Shown piece after piece: positions 13,386 to 27,104 of a DNA stretch of 64,000 nt (position 1 is the first letter of the stretch; the number at the start of each line of letters is the position of its first letter). The DNA is from the human T2T-CHM13v2.0 reference genome, Homo sapiens, in NCBI RefSeq assembly GCF_009914755.1, contig NC_060926.1; one strand, given 5' to 3'. Below the pieces are notes generated by a model. It was not told the origin of the DNA. It was given only the letters and a program-made list of their open reading frames with translations, and did not search any database. A program made the translations under genes and the position numbers.

Positions 13386-15660
13386 TTACCAAGGCTCTGG
13401 GCCTCACCTACCACAAATTTACAGGTTGAAAAATGCCTGTGTAGATTGCTTGTCATTGGGGAATAGTTTTTACCCCCCACACAATGCAGTGGTGTGCATA
13501 TTTGCTGATGTTTTCCCCCCAAAGCATGTGGGAATGAATCATTATTGAAACAATTTACTTTCAGTTAGTGCATGAATGCCTTCCCATGATTCTCTGATGC
13601 TTTGTTTGTCCTCCTATAAAAATTATTTATGACCCAAGTGTGCTCTTTTAAATCAGAATACTTATTTCTGAAATCAAAGCTCTAGCATGCTAATGCGAGT
13701 AGAAACCTTGATAATTTTTCAAAGCCATGTTGAATATTCAAAAGCTGGAACTGAAGGAAAGGAGTTAACATTAATTAATATTTGAAGCACTAAAATAAAA
13801 GCAACAGTGAAGCTAATTTTGCAGGACAATTAATCATGAGTCTTGCTAATTACACATGGGATTTTGCAAATGATTTTTTTCTCAGGTAGCAAAGTAAAAA
13901 TGATAATCCGCTACCCATCAAAATCATTGGCTTCTCACCAATGTCCCCAGCAAGAGCAATTAGTGGAAACAGCAGAGCCCTAGTAATTGCATGTCAAGAG
14001 AGGAGAATGTTAGAATTTTAATTGCTCTAAATAAAGACCACTTGCTCATATATACACCTGATGGTCCAAAACAGCTCTGCAAGCCAGAGCAAGTATGCCA
14101 CCACTTCCAGGTGCCCGCATAAAAATAACTCTTTGGGAACAGTATTCTCCCAGCAACCCATGCAGTTTCTGGAAGAAAATATCAATATGCATTCACATTC
14201 TGAACTGCAGTGTCATCACTTGAATATAAGAAGTGCAAAAAAAAAAAATCACCCACTTGGGAAAATGTGCATATTCTTTATATTTGCCAAATATTTATTG
14301 CTGACATTTTTTTGAAGAACTTTAACTATCTACAAGGTGCCAAGGGCTTCAAATTTACTGAATTTTAGGATCCCCAATAAAATGTTTTTAACAAGACATC
14401 TCAAGAGGGCATAAAATAAAAAATTACCATATTCATGAGTGTAAGCCTCTAAGATTGCAATGCTATAAACTGGATGTTTATAATTTGCTTGTGGCTTTCT
14501 TAATTAAAAACTGGTAATTAGAAACTCAAGTACTATTTTTACACTTCATCTTCTACACTTTACATGCTACTGTTACTTTTCAGTTTAATATATGTACACA
14601 TGGATGCACACAATTGCAAATGATCAATAATATTTAACTGTGTGTCTAAAACCTAAATGATGATGGATACATTTAAATATTGCTTTCCAGGAGATTATTA
14701 TTCCAATGGCCATGTCGTGGCTTAAACACTTAGTTTAAACAAAACAGCTACCATTTTTTGCTCTTCCCAACATGCATCATTTACTCTCATTTTTAAGCTG
14801 AATTGCTGAATTGCCTTCCAAGTACTTCTAGTATCTATTGTCTCCCAGACTAGCCTTGCATCTTTTAAGTGCACCATATTGAGGTGCTAAACCACCAAGC
14901 ACTTCCTGCTGTTAGCTTTGTGGGCTGAGTGTTAGGTGCAGAGCAGTAACCTTAACTTACCACCATATCGTCTTTGCACATCCAAAGTTTTGTGCATGTT
15001 TTACTATACCAGAACCACCTAAAATCAACAAGCAGGACGTAGGGAGTGCTGCTTCCTTTGCTGAATTACCAGCAGATCACAGGTGTGTATCTGACCCCCG
15101 GAGGTGATCCAGGTAATAACACTAGGATGGTGATTTAAAGGGTTAGAAGCTTTTCCACAGAAGGTAGTCCTTGAATTCTATCATTTTGCAAATATTGCTC
15201 ATGAATGGCAACTTACTTACCGGCCTCCTTAAGTGGTTGCTTTTTATTTGTATTATGTTTTAAAGTAGAAAACTTTGAAGATGGTTGTTTTTCTGTCAAA
15301 GCACAGCCATTATGCCATCCTCAAGTTAGAATTTCTTCATCAGGTTATTATATATGCATATCTCATGAGACTTTAACCCTCTCCCTGCTCTTTTTTCAAA
15401 TATCAATTTAGGGCCAAAAAAAGGTGAGTCAGAACAATCATTATTTATTTAGAAGCATTTTACCAAGACACAAAGAACACGCTACCCACTTTTGTAGCAA
15501 GATTTTTTAAGAGGACATAGCATAAAATGACAAAAATAAATAAATAAATAAAGCCATAAGCAGAGCAAAGCCTATTGGGTAGGATAGCATCTACGTCTCA
15601 AGTGACATGAGAGAATCTGGTGTAAATTATAAGATGATTGATTAGAAAAAAAAAATATTT

Positions 15661-16000
<340 letters not shown>

Positions 16001-16739
16001 CTATTATTCTAAAGGGCAAAAGGAGTAAAGCACAGGATTCTGAAAGCTTCTTTCTTGCAGCATCTAAAATGCTCGTGTAGACATTGTTTCCCAAGCTGTC
16101 TGGCGTTAACATCAGGAGACTGCCAAAGTGCTATTTATATTGCTGCTCATGGCTGGGTGGGAGAAGGACAAAGAAGCTTTTTGGTCAAAATGTATAATTT
16201 CCCAACATTAAGTGTTTATAAAAGGGTGTTGTAGTAATAAGGGGTTAGGTGTGCCAATAGCTTCTAAATCAAGGGCCACACTAATCAGAGTGAACTTGGC
16301 ATAAGTACTAATAGATTATAGCTACCCATTAAGGGAACAGAGTAGATCTTGGCTTAACCTTTGCCCCACAAACTCCCAGGACCTTTTGTGGTTTTTCCTG
16401 ACTATAGTATCTGCAGACATCTTGGTAATTTTTAACACGGTGGCAGACTTCCATTGTAATAAAGCTCAATTATATTGGCCCTTTGATGGAGTTTATGGTG
16501 CCACATCAATTAAATGAGGCAGAGAGAGACAGTGAGCAGACCTTCCATCACCCATCATTTGGGAAGAGATTTGCAGTAAAAGAATAAATTTTGTGCACAC
16601 ATATCAACTTAACATTAAAGAAAAAATGATAAGTACAAGTAACAAAGAAAGAAAGGGGAGAACAGAAAGAAAATGATGAAGCTGAATGACTCGCTTACAC
16701 TTTTGAGTTTCAGTTGCCACCTCTGCTGTTGGACCAAAC

Positions 16740-16932
16740 TAGGGGCTCTTAAATCTGGGTTTTCTCAATCCCCTGTAGGATCCGCTAATGGGCTTGATGA
16801 TACCCGTGAGTTCCCTGAAATTATGGGCCAAATATTGTGTCTGCACATATACATATTTTTCTGGGTTCAGCTTTATAGCTTTTATGAGATTCTCAAAAAA
16901 GATCATAAGCCAGATAACGATAAAAACTACTA
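16740..16932. mobile_element. hAT-Charlie MITE (MER102/MER103-like)
   Basis: taggggctcttaaatctggg...ccctgaaatt...atagcttttatgagattctcaaa...aaaactactag. Confidence 0.6.
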
Positions 16933-18264
16933 GAAAAAATAGTTGTGTAGGCCTTTGCTACTTCTAATCTTATAAGGAACAATTTGGTAATCCCATTTCT
17001 AAATAAAGTCTGCTCCAAGTGACTCTGTTATGTCCAAAGAATCCCAAGGTTCGAAATTTGTTTTCATTGTATCATTTAATATAATTGCCTTCTGTGGTTG
17101 GCACGCATCTAGAAATTCAAGATCCCTCAGCAAACACTTCACAAGGTTTCACTTTAGTCTTTGCTGTTCAACCTTCCTTCAGTGCAGTATTGAACTGAGC
17201 TATATCAATAACCACAAAAGGAAGAAAACGGAGCTGAACCTTTTCCTCCATAGCCAGCTGAGCCACTTGAATGTCTCTAGGGCCTGAACAGTAATAGCTC
17301 TTTTATGAATTGGTTACACCTTTGGAGTTAGTGAGTTTGGCTGAAGTTAGCTGTTACTGTTATTATACCAACATTGCAAATTTTGTCTAGTTCCCTGTTG
17401 AAAATGAGCTGTTACTCTGGGCTTCACACTGGACAGTCTTTCTGGGCTCTATGTTCTCAAGGTTTCTTCAGCTTACATGTTATAGACTTTTAAAGGAATT
17501 CTGAAATCAAAGATGACCTATATCTATTAAAAAATAAAAGGAAAGGGAATTCGGGAAGCTGAAAAGAACTGACCAAATATGTGAATGGACAGGCAGCCTG
17601 GAATTAGCCAGAAATGACCCTCCAAGCATATCTGACAGAATGATGTGAAAGCATACAACATGAATTATTCAAAATAATTAGAGACAGCACTAAGGGTGTT
17701 TGCTCTGATAGGGCCATAGTGGAATTTGAAGGGGAAATCAAGGCAGCCAGAGAGAAGCAGGTAATAAACCACTTGGATTCTTAAATGGCAGGCCCTAATT
17801 TTTTCAATGTAAACATGGAGGTGTCTGTTTCCTGAATTGTAAATTGAAGGGGTTATCTAAACAGCTCTCTTTAGCATTACCACCCTGGGAGTAAGTCACC
17901 AAAGATGCTAAAAATTATACTGCTCCTGGAAAGATATGAAAACAGTTTTTCATGCAGTTTGTACAATGACATGTTATAGAGGGAGGAAAGAAATGTAAGC
18001 AGGATACAATAAGATGTTCAAGCAGAGTGGTCTTCTCTCACTCTGGACCCTCACAATTCCCAGCTAGGCAGGACTGGGCATGTTCAGTATTTGGTTTGCT
18101 ATTGAACAAGAACACTTAGGTATTGCAGGGAAGAATTGCCATTTAGTACAGGTTTAGTGATCTCGAATTCCTATGATCTAGTACACCCACATGAAAGTAC
18201 ATACACGAAAATGTGGCATTTTCCTCTGCAAAACTTTGTATGCTGACCCAAATAAAATAAAGCT

Positions 18265-18374
18265 ATTAGGCTATTAGTAGTTGACCTTGGGGGGAGTCAA
18301 AAGTTATATATGGATTTTTTACTATACCAGGGGTCAGCACCCCAATTCCCACATTATTCGAGGGTCAATTGTAC
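18265..18374 (+). mobile_element. Tigger3-family terminal fragment
   Basis: ggctattagtagtt...gggagtcaaaagttata...ttcgagggtcaattgta (right TIR followed by TA). Confidence 0.7.
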
Positions 18375-20489
18375 ACTGTGTCTGTTAAGGCAAAAGCAGC
18401 CTCTCTATAATTATGTCTGAGACTTGGGGTGGGATATTGGTGAGCTGCTCTAGGGCGCAGGGTTAGGCCCTTCACAGGGGAGATGGAGGATGCCTTGGGC
18501 CACCTACACGGGCCAGGCCTGTGCTGCCATCACTCCCTTTCCTCCCTAGCTACATGATTGTCCTAGGGCCATGAATAAAGGCCCAGGTGCCTTTAAAGCA
18601 GCCAGGCCCTGCCTTTCAATGAAAACAGACTTTGTTAACAGTGCCGAAGAGCGATAAAAGAAAGAGAGAAGACAGAAACATGGACCTAAGAGCTGTTTGG
18701 ACACAGAAGGAAGAACCCTGATGATCCAGCATTCTTTGTCTTTTCATTTCCAAAAGGTATCATCTTCAGAAATTAAAAAAACCCTTTCTTTCTTTCTTTC
18801 TTCCTTTATGCAGTAAAGGAGGTCAACCTGAGCCACATCATCATCTTTCCAGCCATTATTCACTCCCTCTTCCTTCTGTCCCCTGAACAAAACATACACA
18901 TCTTCTCTTGTCCAATGTCAACTTGTCCTTCTTGGGAGCTCTCATCTTAGAAACAGCTGTTTCCTGTCTCCACCCATACTTCTGTTTCTCTTCTCTCTGG
19001 CTTTCTAAACAAGCTGTTGACCTATTTTCAAATGGAGGGCACTTAGAAGACACAGAGGAAGAAAGAGGAGCAAAAGAGTTCAGGTCACCAAGAAGAAATG
19101 ACCAAATAACGGTGTTCACAGAGACCTCCACCAACATCTATAAAGGCCCCATTCCCAAAAGACCTTAAGCACCATCACAGTGCAGATTTGAGGCTTGTAT
19201 CTAATAGTCTCTCTTCCCCTCTCACAAACTGTAAAACTGGTTGAGATGCCTCAACATGCTATGTACAATTCTTCACTAGGAGCTACCCTCTGATTTAAAA
19301 GATACATTTTTTCTCTTTCTGGTTTTCCAGATAATGGATTAAATTTTCATATTTTCCCCTTCACTCTTCCAGGGATTATCTGGTCAGTGAAATCTTTATA
19401 AAGCATTTACAATAGTGCAGAATTTTGTGTGGCAGTTTAAGTAAGTGTGCACCCTATGAGGTATGTATGCAATCAGTCAAAATGAATTTTTTTATCAGAG
19501 ATGTACAAAGATCTCAAAGCATTTTATAATTATATCATGTTTTGAGATGGTGAGTAAAATTGTGTCTTAACAGCTAGCACCAAAATGCCTCTCAGAGAGT
19601 AAATTATTTTTGTTAGGAAAAGACCTTGATAAGCTTTGAGAGGAGATAGTGAAACACGAGGACCCAGGGTTAGCAGGAGCTAAGGTGGCTAAAGAGAGTG
19701 AAATTGCTCTTCCCAGGGAGGGAGAGAGAACAGAGGACAGGAAAACAAAAGGAGGACAAACAGGACAGAAACATGGCATGAGAGGACACTCAGTGAAAGT
19801 AACTGGTGAAAAAAATCCCTTGTAGTGATATGATGTGGGGGGGATAGAGTAACTCTTGAGGAGATGAATAAATTCTACTTAAGGTTATTCACTTTGCTGT
19901 GATGTAAACCCCTCCTGTGTCCCCAAAAGTCTCAAGTAATGTGTACTGAACATATGTCTTGGATTTCTTTTCTTTTGGTAGAAGTCAAGGAAGGTCTTGA
20001 TGTGACGCAGGCAGAAACTCCCTAAAAGATTCAGCGCATGGACTCAGGAGAGGGCAGCCAGAGATGGCCGTGAGAATGTAAATCCTCTCCCCTGCCTTCG
20101 TTTCCCCCTCAGGGATTCACAGAACTTGGGAAATGCTTTGGAATTAGGGGTTCGAGTCAATCCTGAGGAATAGGAAGACTCCAGCTAACATCTGAGATAG
20201 GCTTTCCTAAATTACTGTCCTTTATGTATAAGACTGATAGGAGACCTTCAAGAGAGTATGCTGTCACTTATTTTTCAAATTATCCTTGACTATTCTATCT
20301 TGCCTACCTGCTGCAGCCATTTGTGAGGTATCATTATAAGGGTTTGAAATGCAATAACTAGAATACACAAAGTTAACTATCCAGGCTTGGGTTCAGTACA
20401 TAGCCATAGAGTCAATTAGTAAACAAAGATTTATTTATGATGAATGTATCCCATTAAATTAAGTATCATCAAGCTCTTGCAATATGTAT

Positions 20490-20765
20490 TAATCAGTACC
20501 ACAATCATAACTAGATATCTTATCTCAACCCTTACAACAATCAAATTATGCATTAGGTTGGTGCAAAAGTAATTGGGGTTTTTGCCATTACTTTCAATGG
20601 CAAACTGCAATTACTTTTGCACCAACCTATTATTATTATTATTTCTATTTTGTAAAAGGGGACCCTAAAGCACTTAAAGGTTTCTCAAGCTCATTTAACT
20701 AGTAAGTAGCAGATCTGAGATTTGAACCCAGGTATTTTGATGCCAGATCCCATGCTCTATAATCC
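20490..20765 (-). mobile_element. MIR interrupted by MADE1
   Basis: ctagtaagtagcagatctgagatttgaacccagg...cccatgctct. Confidence 0.7.
20553..20630. mobile_element. MADE1 (Hsmar1-derived mariner MITE)
   Basis: ttaggttggtgcaaaagtaattg...caattacttttgcaccaaccta: near-perfect ~80-bp palindrome with Hsmar1 TIRs. Confidence 0.95.
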
Positions 20766-20859
20766 AACAATACCTTCCTTTTGTGCTAATCTATCATCGT
20801 TGTTACTGCTTCTGAGGAATTCACCACTGGACATCAGTTCCACCTTGAGTCTTCCAGAG

Positions 20860-21010
20860 AAAGTAGGTTTTAGTGGTTAAGGGCACAGGCTTGTGTCTGA
20901 TTACCTAGGTTCAAGTCCCAGCTCTACCACTTACCAGCTCTGGTGAAATTATTTAACTTCTTTAACCTCAATTTGTCATCCATAAAATAGGAATGATGAA
21001 AATAACCTTA
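20860..21010 (+). mobile_element. MIR
   Basis: tagtggttaagggcacaggc...ggttcaagtcccagctctaccacttaccagct. Confidence 0.85.
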
Positions 21011-21039
21011 AAGAACATATTTTAGAATACTATTTTTAA

Positions 21040-22500
21040 ACAAATGATCTGTCCAATAACCTTCATGATCATGGACACAAAAACCCTCAACAAAACATTA
21101 GAAAATCTAATCCAGCATTATATAAAAAGAATACATCACAAAAAAACATGGCTTATCTTGGAAATGCTACACTGGTTCAACATTCACAAATCAATTAATG
21201 TAATTCATTGCATTAACAGACTAAAGAAGAAAAATTACATGATTGTGAAGAAAACTACATATATCTAGAATGTATAAAGAACTCTCAGAACTCAACAATA
21301 AGAAAACCAGTAATTCAGTTTAAAACTGGTCAAAAGATTTAAATGGATGCTTTATTAAAGAAGATATTTGGATAGTAAATAAGCATATGAGAAGAGGCTG
21401 AACATAGTCAGTGGGAAAATGCAAATTAAAACCACAGTGAGTACCAACATATACCTATTAGAATGGCTAAAATTTTTAAAAACCTGAAAACACAGAGTGC
21501 TAAACAGGATATAGAACAAGTAGACCCTCATATATTACTGTGGAAATGCAAAATGATAGTTACTTTGAAAACAGTTTTTGGCAGTTTCTTACAACCTAAC
21601 AATCCTACTCCTTTGTATTTACCCACATGAAATGGAAACCTATGTTCACACAAAAACTTATGACTGCTTATAGCAACTTTATTCATAATTGCTAAAAACT
21701 GGAAATAACCCAAATATCCCTCAACTGGGAAAGAGATTAAACAAACTGGTAAGTCTGTAAAATGGATCCATAAAACTACTCAGCAATAAAAGCCTCAAAC
21801 TATTTGTAGTTTGTTAACATAACAAAGTACCACAGTCTGGATGACTTAAGCAACAGAAATTTATCACCTCACCGTTGTGGAGGCTGGGTGTCTGAGATCA
21901 AGGTGACGGCAGGGTTGACTTCTTCTGACCCCTGTCTCTTTGGTTTGTAGATGGATGCCTTCTCCGTGTTTTCATGTGGTCTTTACACCGTGCTTGTCTG
22001 AATCCAGGTTTTCTCTCCTTGTAAAGACACCAGTCACATTGGCTTAGGGTCCCCTAATTACCTGATTTTAGCTCAATTACTTCTTTAAAGACTGTATCTC
22101 CAAATACAGTCACGTTCTGAGGTACTAGGGGTTAGGACTTCAACAGGAATTTTGTGGGGAGGGCACAATTCACCCCGTAACAGTATTGTTACAGGCAACA
22201 ACATAGATGAATCTCAAATGCTTTAGGCAGGATAGAAGAAGCCAGTTTCAAAGGCTACATATATAATATTCTAGGAGGGCAAAACTACGTGGACAAAGAT
22301 CAGATCAAGGCCACAAGAGGTTGAGAGTGGGGAAGGGATTGATTACAAAGGGTTAGCACAAGGTAATTTTGGGGCAGTAATGGAATCTTCTGGCCATTTG
22401 ATTTGGGTAGTACTTAGACGACTCTATGCATTTGTCAAAACTTAAAGAATAGTAGACCAAATAATGAATATTCCTGCATGTAAATCAAAAATTAAATGTA
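21040..22500 (+). mobile_element. Old L1 (L1M) ORF2 remnant plus 3'UTR, interrupted by MLT1B
   Basis: ORF 21044-21268 resembles degraded L1 ORF2 RT (WFNIHKSINVIHCINRLKKKNYMI); 3'UTR resumes after 22183. Confidence 0.88.
21805..22182 (-). mobile_element. MaLR solo LTR, MLT1B-like
   Basis: ataacaaagtaccacag...ccaaatacagtcacgttctgaggtactaggggttaggacttcaaca...cgtaaca; TSD ctatt/gtatt. Confidence 0.88.
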
Positions 22501-23139
22501 TAAGCATGGGCTCAGAATCAGAATAAAAAATGTTTTAAACGAAGCAGTCTGTCCACTTAAAGAAAGGCACACTCATAGAGCAAACAGCTGAAGAATGTAT
22601 GTACATTGCCCCCCATCACACATGAACCCAGCACTCTTTATGCTTCCAGACTGGCACCAGCATTATCATGTAAAGAAATCATGACTAAAGAAAGATGATT
22701 CACTTTTAAACTTCCTCTTAGCATGAATATCTTTGAGGAAGTCACAGGTTATCCATTTCCATAGGTATGGGGTTTCTACAGTGGGCTGACAACACCCAAG
22801 CTGACTGCAGCACTCACAAAGGGAGAGACCCGTTTGAAATCCCAATGGGCAGGTACACAATCCTTCTCTTCCCCTCCACTTCTGCTCTTCATTGAGGAAG
22901 GAGACTCCAAATTCCAGCTGCTGCCATCTCCTCAATTCCTCGTTTTCCCTCAATTTATCATGATTCAAGCAGCTTTTTCCTACTCTTCTACGCAAAAGGA
23001 AACAGTTATTTTCATCATACTGTATTTATGGTTATTCCCCCCAAATCATTATCAGTCCATATGAAGCATCAATGTGTAGCTTGTATTTGTTTGTTTACAT
23101 TGTCTCCTTCCAAAAAGGATTTCAGATGGTTTTAGTTTA

Positions 23140-24520
23140 AATTTATTAAATAAATGTGTATTGAGTTCCTACCATATGCTGGGAGTAGGGATATGGGATT
23201 AAATTGCAGCCCCTGCTCTAGAGGCCCCACAGTCTAATGAGGATGGATGGGAGAATAGACAGTCCCAAAACACTGCAGCAAGGGTCATGGCAGAAGCAAA
23301 CATGGGCTGTTCTGCAACCTTGGGGATGGCACATATAATCCAGCCTGGAATCACCGAAGGTGTCAGAGATAAACCTTACCTTTTTTTTTTTTTTCACACA
23401 GTCAACACAACACAAAACGCTTCACCTCTGATCACCAAAATGTATGTGTTTTTTTTCTCCCCCACTGACCAAGCACTTCTCCAGGGAACATTAACTAGGT
23501 GTTCTATAACTCAATTCAATTCTGCCACGACTTACCTAGAGGTAGCATCATATCGCACAGTTAGGGGCTCAGTCTCACAAGACTGCCCCCACTTCAGATG
23601 CTAGTCACAAGTAGTAGGTTGTCACCTAGACTTCTGACCCATCCACTTACATATCAGAGTTCCCATGACCCCCTCCTTGGGTTCAATTAATTTGCTAGGA
23701 TGGCTCACAGTACTTGGGGACACACTTATGTTTACTAGTTTATTATAAAGAATATTGCAAAGAATACAGAAGAACAGCCACATAGAAGATATGCAAAGGG
23801 CAAGGTATGTGGGAAGAGACATGGAGCTTTCATGCCCTCTCCAGGTGCACCACCCTCCAGGGACCACAATTGATTGCATCATTGGTCATTAGTGATCAGC
23901 TCAACCTTCAGACCCTCTCTGCTTCCTGGAGGCCAGGGGATGGGGCTGAAAGTTTCAGCCCTCGAATCACATGGTTTGTCCCCCTGGAAGCTAATCCTTC
24001 CCTTGCCCATCCTAAGGCTATTTAGGAACAAAAGATTCTCCTGGTACCCCTACATACAAGGGTTTTAGGAGCTCCATGTCAGGATCTGGGGGCAGAGACC
24101 AATATACATTTCTTCTTATTTCACAGAAGACTTCAGAAAGCTGGATCTTGAAAGATGAGCTGAAGTAAGCAAAGAAGAATAAAAAGGGGTGCAGAGGGTG
24201 GAAGTTGCTCAAATGGCTGGGACACCTGTGCTATGAATGGGGAGATGTTGCCAGAGACAGGGTGAAACCAGATAATAAAACACTGTATGCCCCCATGAAG
24301 GAGCTTATTTAACAAGCAAGAACATGGCAAGGTCAGGTTTATAAGGATCTCCCTGGCAGCTCTGTGGAGGATGGGTTTGAAGAAGATGGACCTGGAGGAC
24401 TGGAGACTGGTTGGCAGAATTTCTGAAACATTTCAGGTAAGAGGAAGAAAGTGGCTTGACCTGGACAGAAGTTAGGGAAAAGACCGATTCAAGATACATC
24501 TGAAATCAACTGGACACTAA
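23140..24520 (-). mobile_element. L2 interrupted by a MER21-like LTR
   Basis: taaatgtgtattgagttcctaccatatgc... and resumes at 24126 (gctggatcttgaaagatgag). Confidence 0.7.
23361..24125 (-). mobile_element. MER21-like solo LTR (ERVL class)
   Basis: tcaattcaattctgccac...gctcagtctcacaagactgcccccacttcagatgc...tttcaca; TG/CA ends; TSD gaagg/gaaga. Confidence 0.8.
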
Positions 24521-24774
24521 GTGCTGAACAAAGCCCAGATGAAGTACAGCTCCATTTACCCAGACTTCTGATCTAAATACGATAATTAGTTATTATATAA
24601 ATATATAAATATTCCCATTTTCAATGGCTCACATGTCATTGTCTCATTTATTCGATCTTTATAATAAACACATGTATTCATGAATGTCTATTTGAAGATT
24701 TGTAAGGCAGCATCAAGTATTTTGTAAAGAATGTGAACTCTAGCGTCAGACAAACCTCGCTCTGGATGCTTCTT

Positions 24775-25825
24775 TTAAATGGTTATTTCTTAAATAATCA
24801 TGCAGTAAGATTGACCTGTTTGGTGTACAGTTATAAATTTTAATAAATGTAAATATTTGTGTTGCCACCACCGCAATCAGAATAGAGAACAGTTCTGTTA
24901 TCGCAAAAACTTCCCCATGCTATTTTACCCTCACCCTTAACTCTTGGCAAACTTTGGATTTGCTTTTTCTCTCCATCACTATATTTTTTATTTTTTTGAG
25001 AATGTTGTATAAATGGAATTATACAACACATAGTTTTTGAGACTGACTTCTTTCATTCAGCATACTGCCTTTGAGATTCACCTTATTGCATGTATCGATC
25101 ATTCATTCATTTATAGTGCTGGGTATTGTTACATTATGTGATTGTGCCACTGTTTACCCATATCCCATTTGAGGGCTATTTGGGTTGTTTCCAGTGTGGG
25201 GCATTATAAAATGGAGTTGGTTTTTATATTTATCTAGAGTAAATACCCAGGAGTGGGATTGCTGGGTTACATGCTAAATGCATAAACTTTGTAAGAAACT
25301 GCTAAACTTTTCTCCAGAGTACATTTTGAATTCCCACCAGCAGTGTATGAGAGTTACAGTTACTCTATATCTTTGCCCGTACTTGTTACTGTCAGAATTT
25401 TTAAAAAATTTTAGCTATTCTACTGGGTGTATTTACTTAACACTAGGTAACAAATGTTTTCTCCTCTGTTTTTTTTCTGAAAGCTTTATAACTTTATGTT
25501 TTATATTTAGATCTATAATTCATTTGTGTTAATTTTTTGGAAAATGTGTAGGGTTACATTCAGGTTCTTTTCTGGGCTTTTGGATGTCCAATTGTTTCAT
25601 CATCATTTGTTGAAAAGACTATCCTTTTCCCGTTGAATTGCCTTCCAATTTGTCAAAAATCAGTTGTTCATGTTTGAATGGCTCTATTTCTGCCCTAGCT
25701 ATTCCATTCCATTGATCTAGGTGTCTATCCTGTCATCAATCCCACACTGTCTTAGTTACTGTAGCTTTATAGTAATTCTTAAAATTGAATTGTGGAATTC
25801 CTCGAATAGTATTATTTTCTTTTTT
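24775..25825 (-). mobile_element. Host old L1 (L1M), 3' part
   Basis: Antisense L1 3'UTR/ORF2 text (cccaccagcagtgtatgagagtt, tttgttgaaaagactatcctttt). Confidence 0.88.
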
Positions 25826-27104
25826 CCACCAATCAAGCTGATTACCCTACCCATCACCTCACATATTTCCTTTTTTTTTTTTTTGACAAGAACACTTAAT
25901 ATCTGTTCTCTTAACAAACTTCAAGTACTGTAGACAATACATTATTATTGACTGGAGTTACCACATGTTGTACATTAGATTCCCAGAACTTATTTATCTA
26001 ATACATTTTATTTTTGATCCACATCCACCTCCAACCCCTGCCAACCACCATTCTACTATTTCTATGAGTTTGAATTTTTTTAATTCCACATACCAGTAAG
26101 ATTTTGTAGTATTTGTTCTGTGTCTGGCTTATTTCACGTAATAAGTGAATGTCCAACAGGTTCACACACGTTGCCGCAAATGGTAGGATTTCCTTCTATT
26201 TTAAGGCTGAAAAGTATTTCATTGTATATATTATATGTACATTACATTTTCTTTATCCATTCATCCATCAGTGGACATTTGCATTGATTCCATATCTCAG
26301 CTATTGTAAATAATGCTGCAATGAACACAAGAATGTCTCCTTGTCACACTGATTTCTTTTCCTTGGGATATATACCCAGAAGTGAGATTGCCGGATCATA
26401 TGGTAGCTCTATTTTTAGTTTTTTGAGGAGCCTCCACACTGTTTTCCTTAAAAACAGTACTAATTTATATTCCCACCAACAGTGTACAAGGTCTCCCTTT
26501 TCTCCACAACCTTGCTGATACTTGTTATTTTTTTACTTTTCAGTAATAGCCATTCTAACAAGTGTGAGGTGATAGCCATTAGGTTTTGATTTGCATGATG
26601 ATTAGTGATGTTGAGCAATTTTTCATATACCTGTTTGGCATTCGTATGTCTTCTTTGGAAAAATGTCTCTTTTTGCTCATTTTTACTCAGATTGTTTGCC
26701 ATTGAATTGTATTGAGTCCCTTGTATGTTTTGGATATTAGCCCCCATCAGACATATGGTTTGCAAATATTTTCTCCCATTCTGTAGGTTGTCTCTTGACT
26801 CTGTTGTTTCTTTTGTTCTGCAGAAACTTTCTAGTTTGATGTAGTTTCACGTTATTTTTGCTTTTGTTGCTTGTGCTTTGGGTATCACATTCAAAAGACC
26901 ATTGTCAAGACCCATGTCAAGGAGCTTTTTCCCTATGTTTTCTTCCAGAATTTTAATGGTCTTACACTTAAGTAGGGTCTTGTGTTTAATGTCTTTAATC
27001 CTTTTTGAGTGGATTATTGTGTGTGATGTAAGATAACCATGCAATTTCATTCTTTTGTCTGTGGATATCCGATTCTCCTAGTACCATTTACTAAAGAGCC
27101 ATTG
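25826..27104 (-). mobile_element. Nested L1MA-like 3' fragment
   Basis: A second L1 3' end restarts within the host (tacccagaagtgagattgccggatcatatggtagctcta). Confidence 0.85.

Noticed and set aside
18279-18372. agttgacct...agggtcaatt as a novel mini-MITE
   Set aside because: The left match is short, Tigger3-like homology continues beyond it, and a few substitutions explain it
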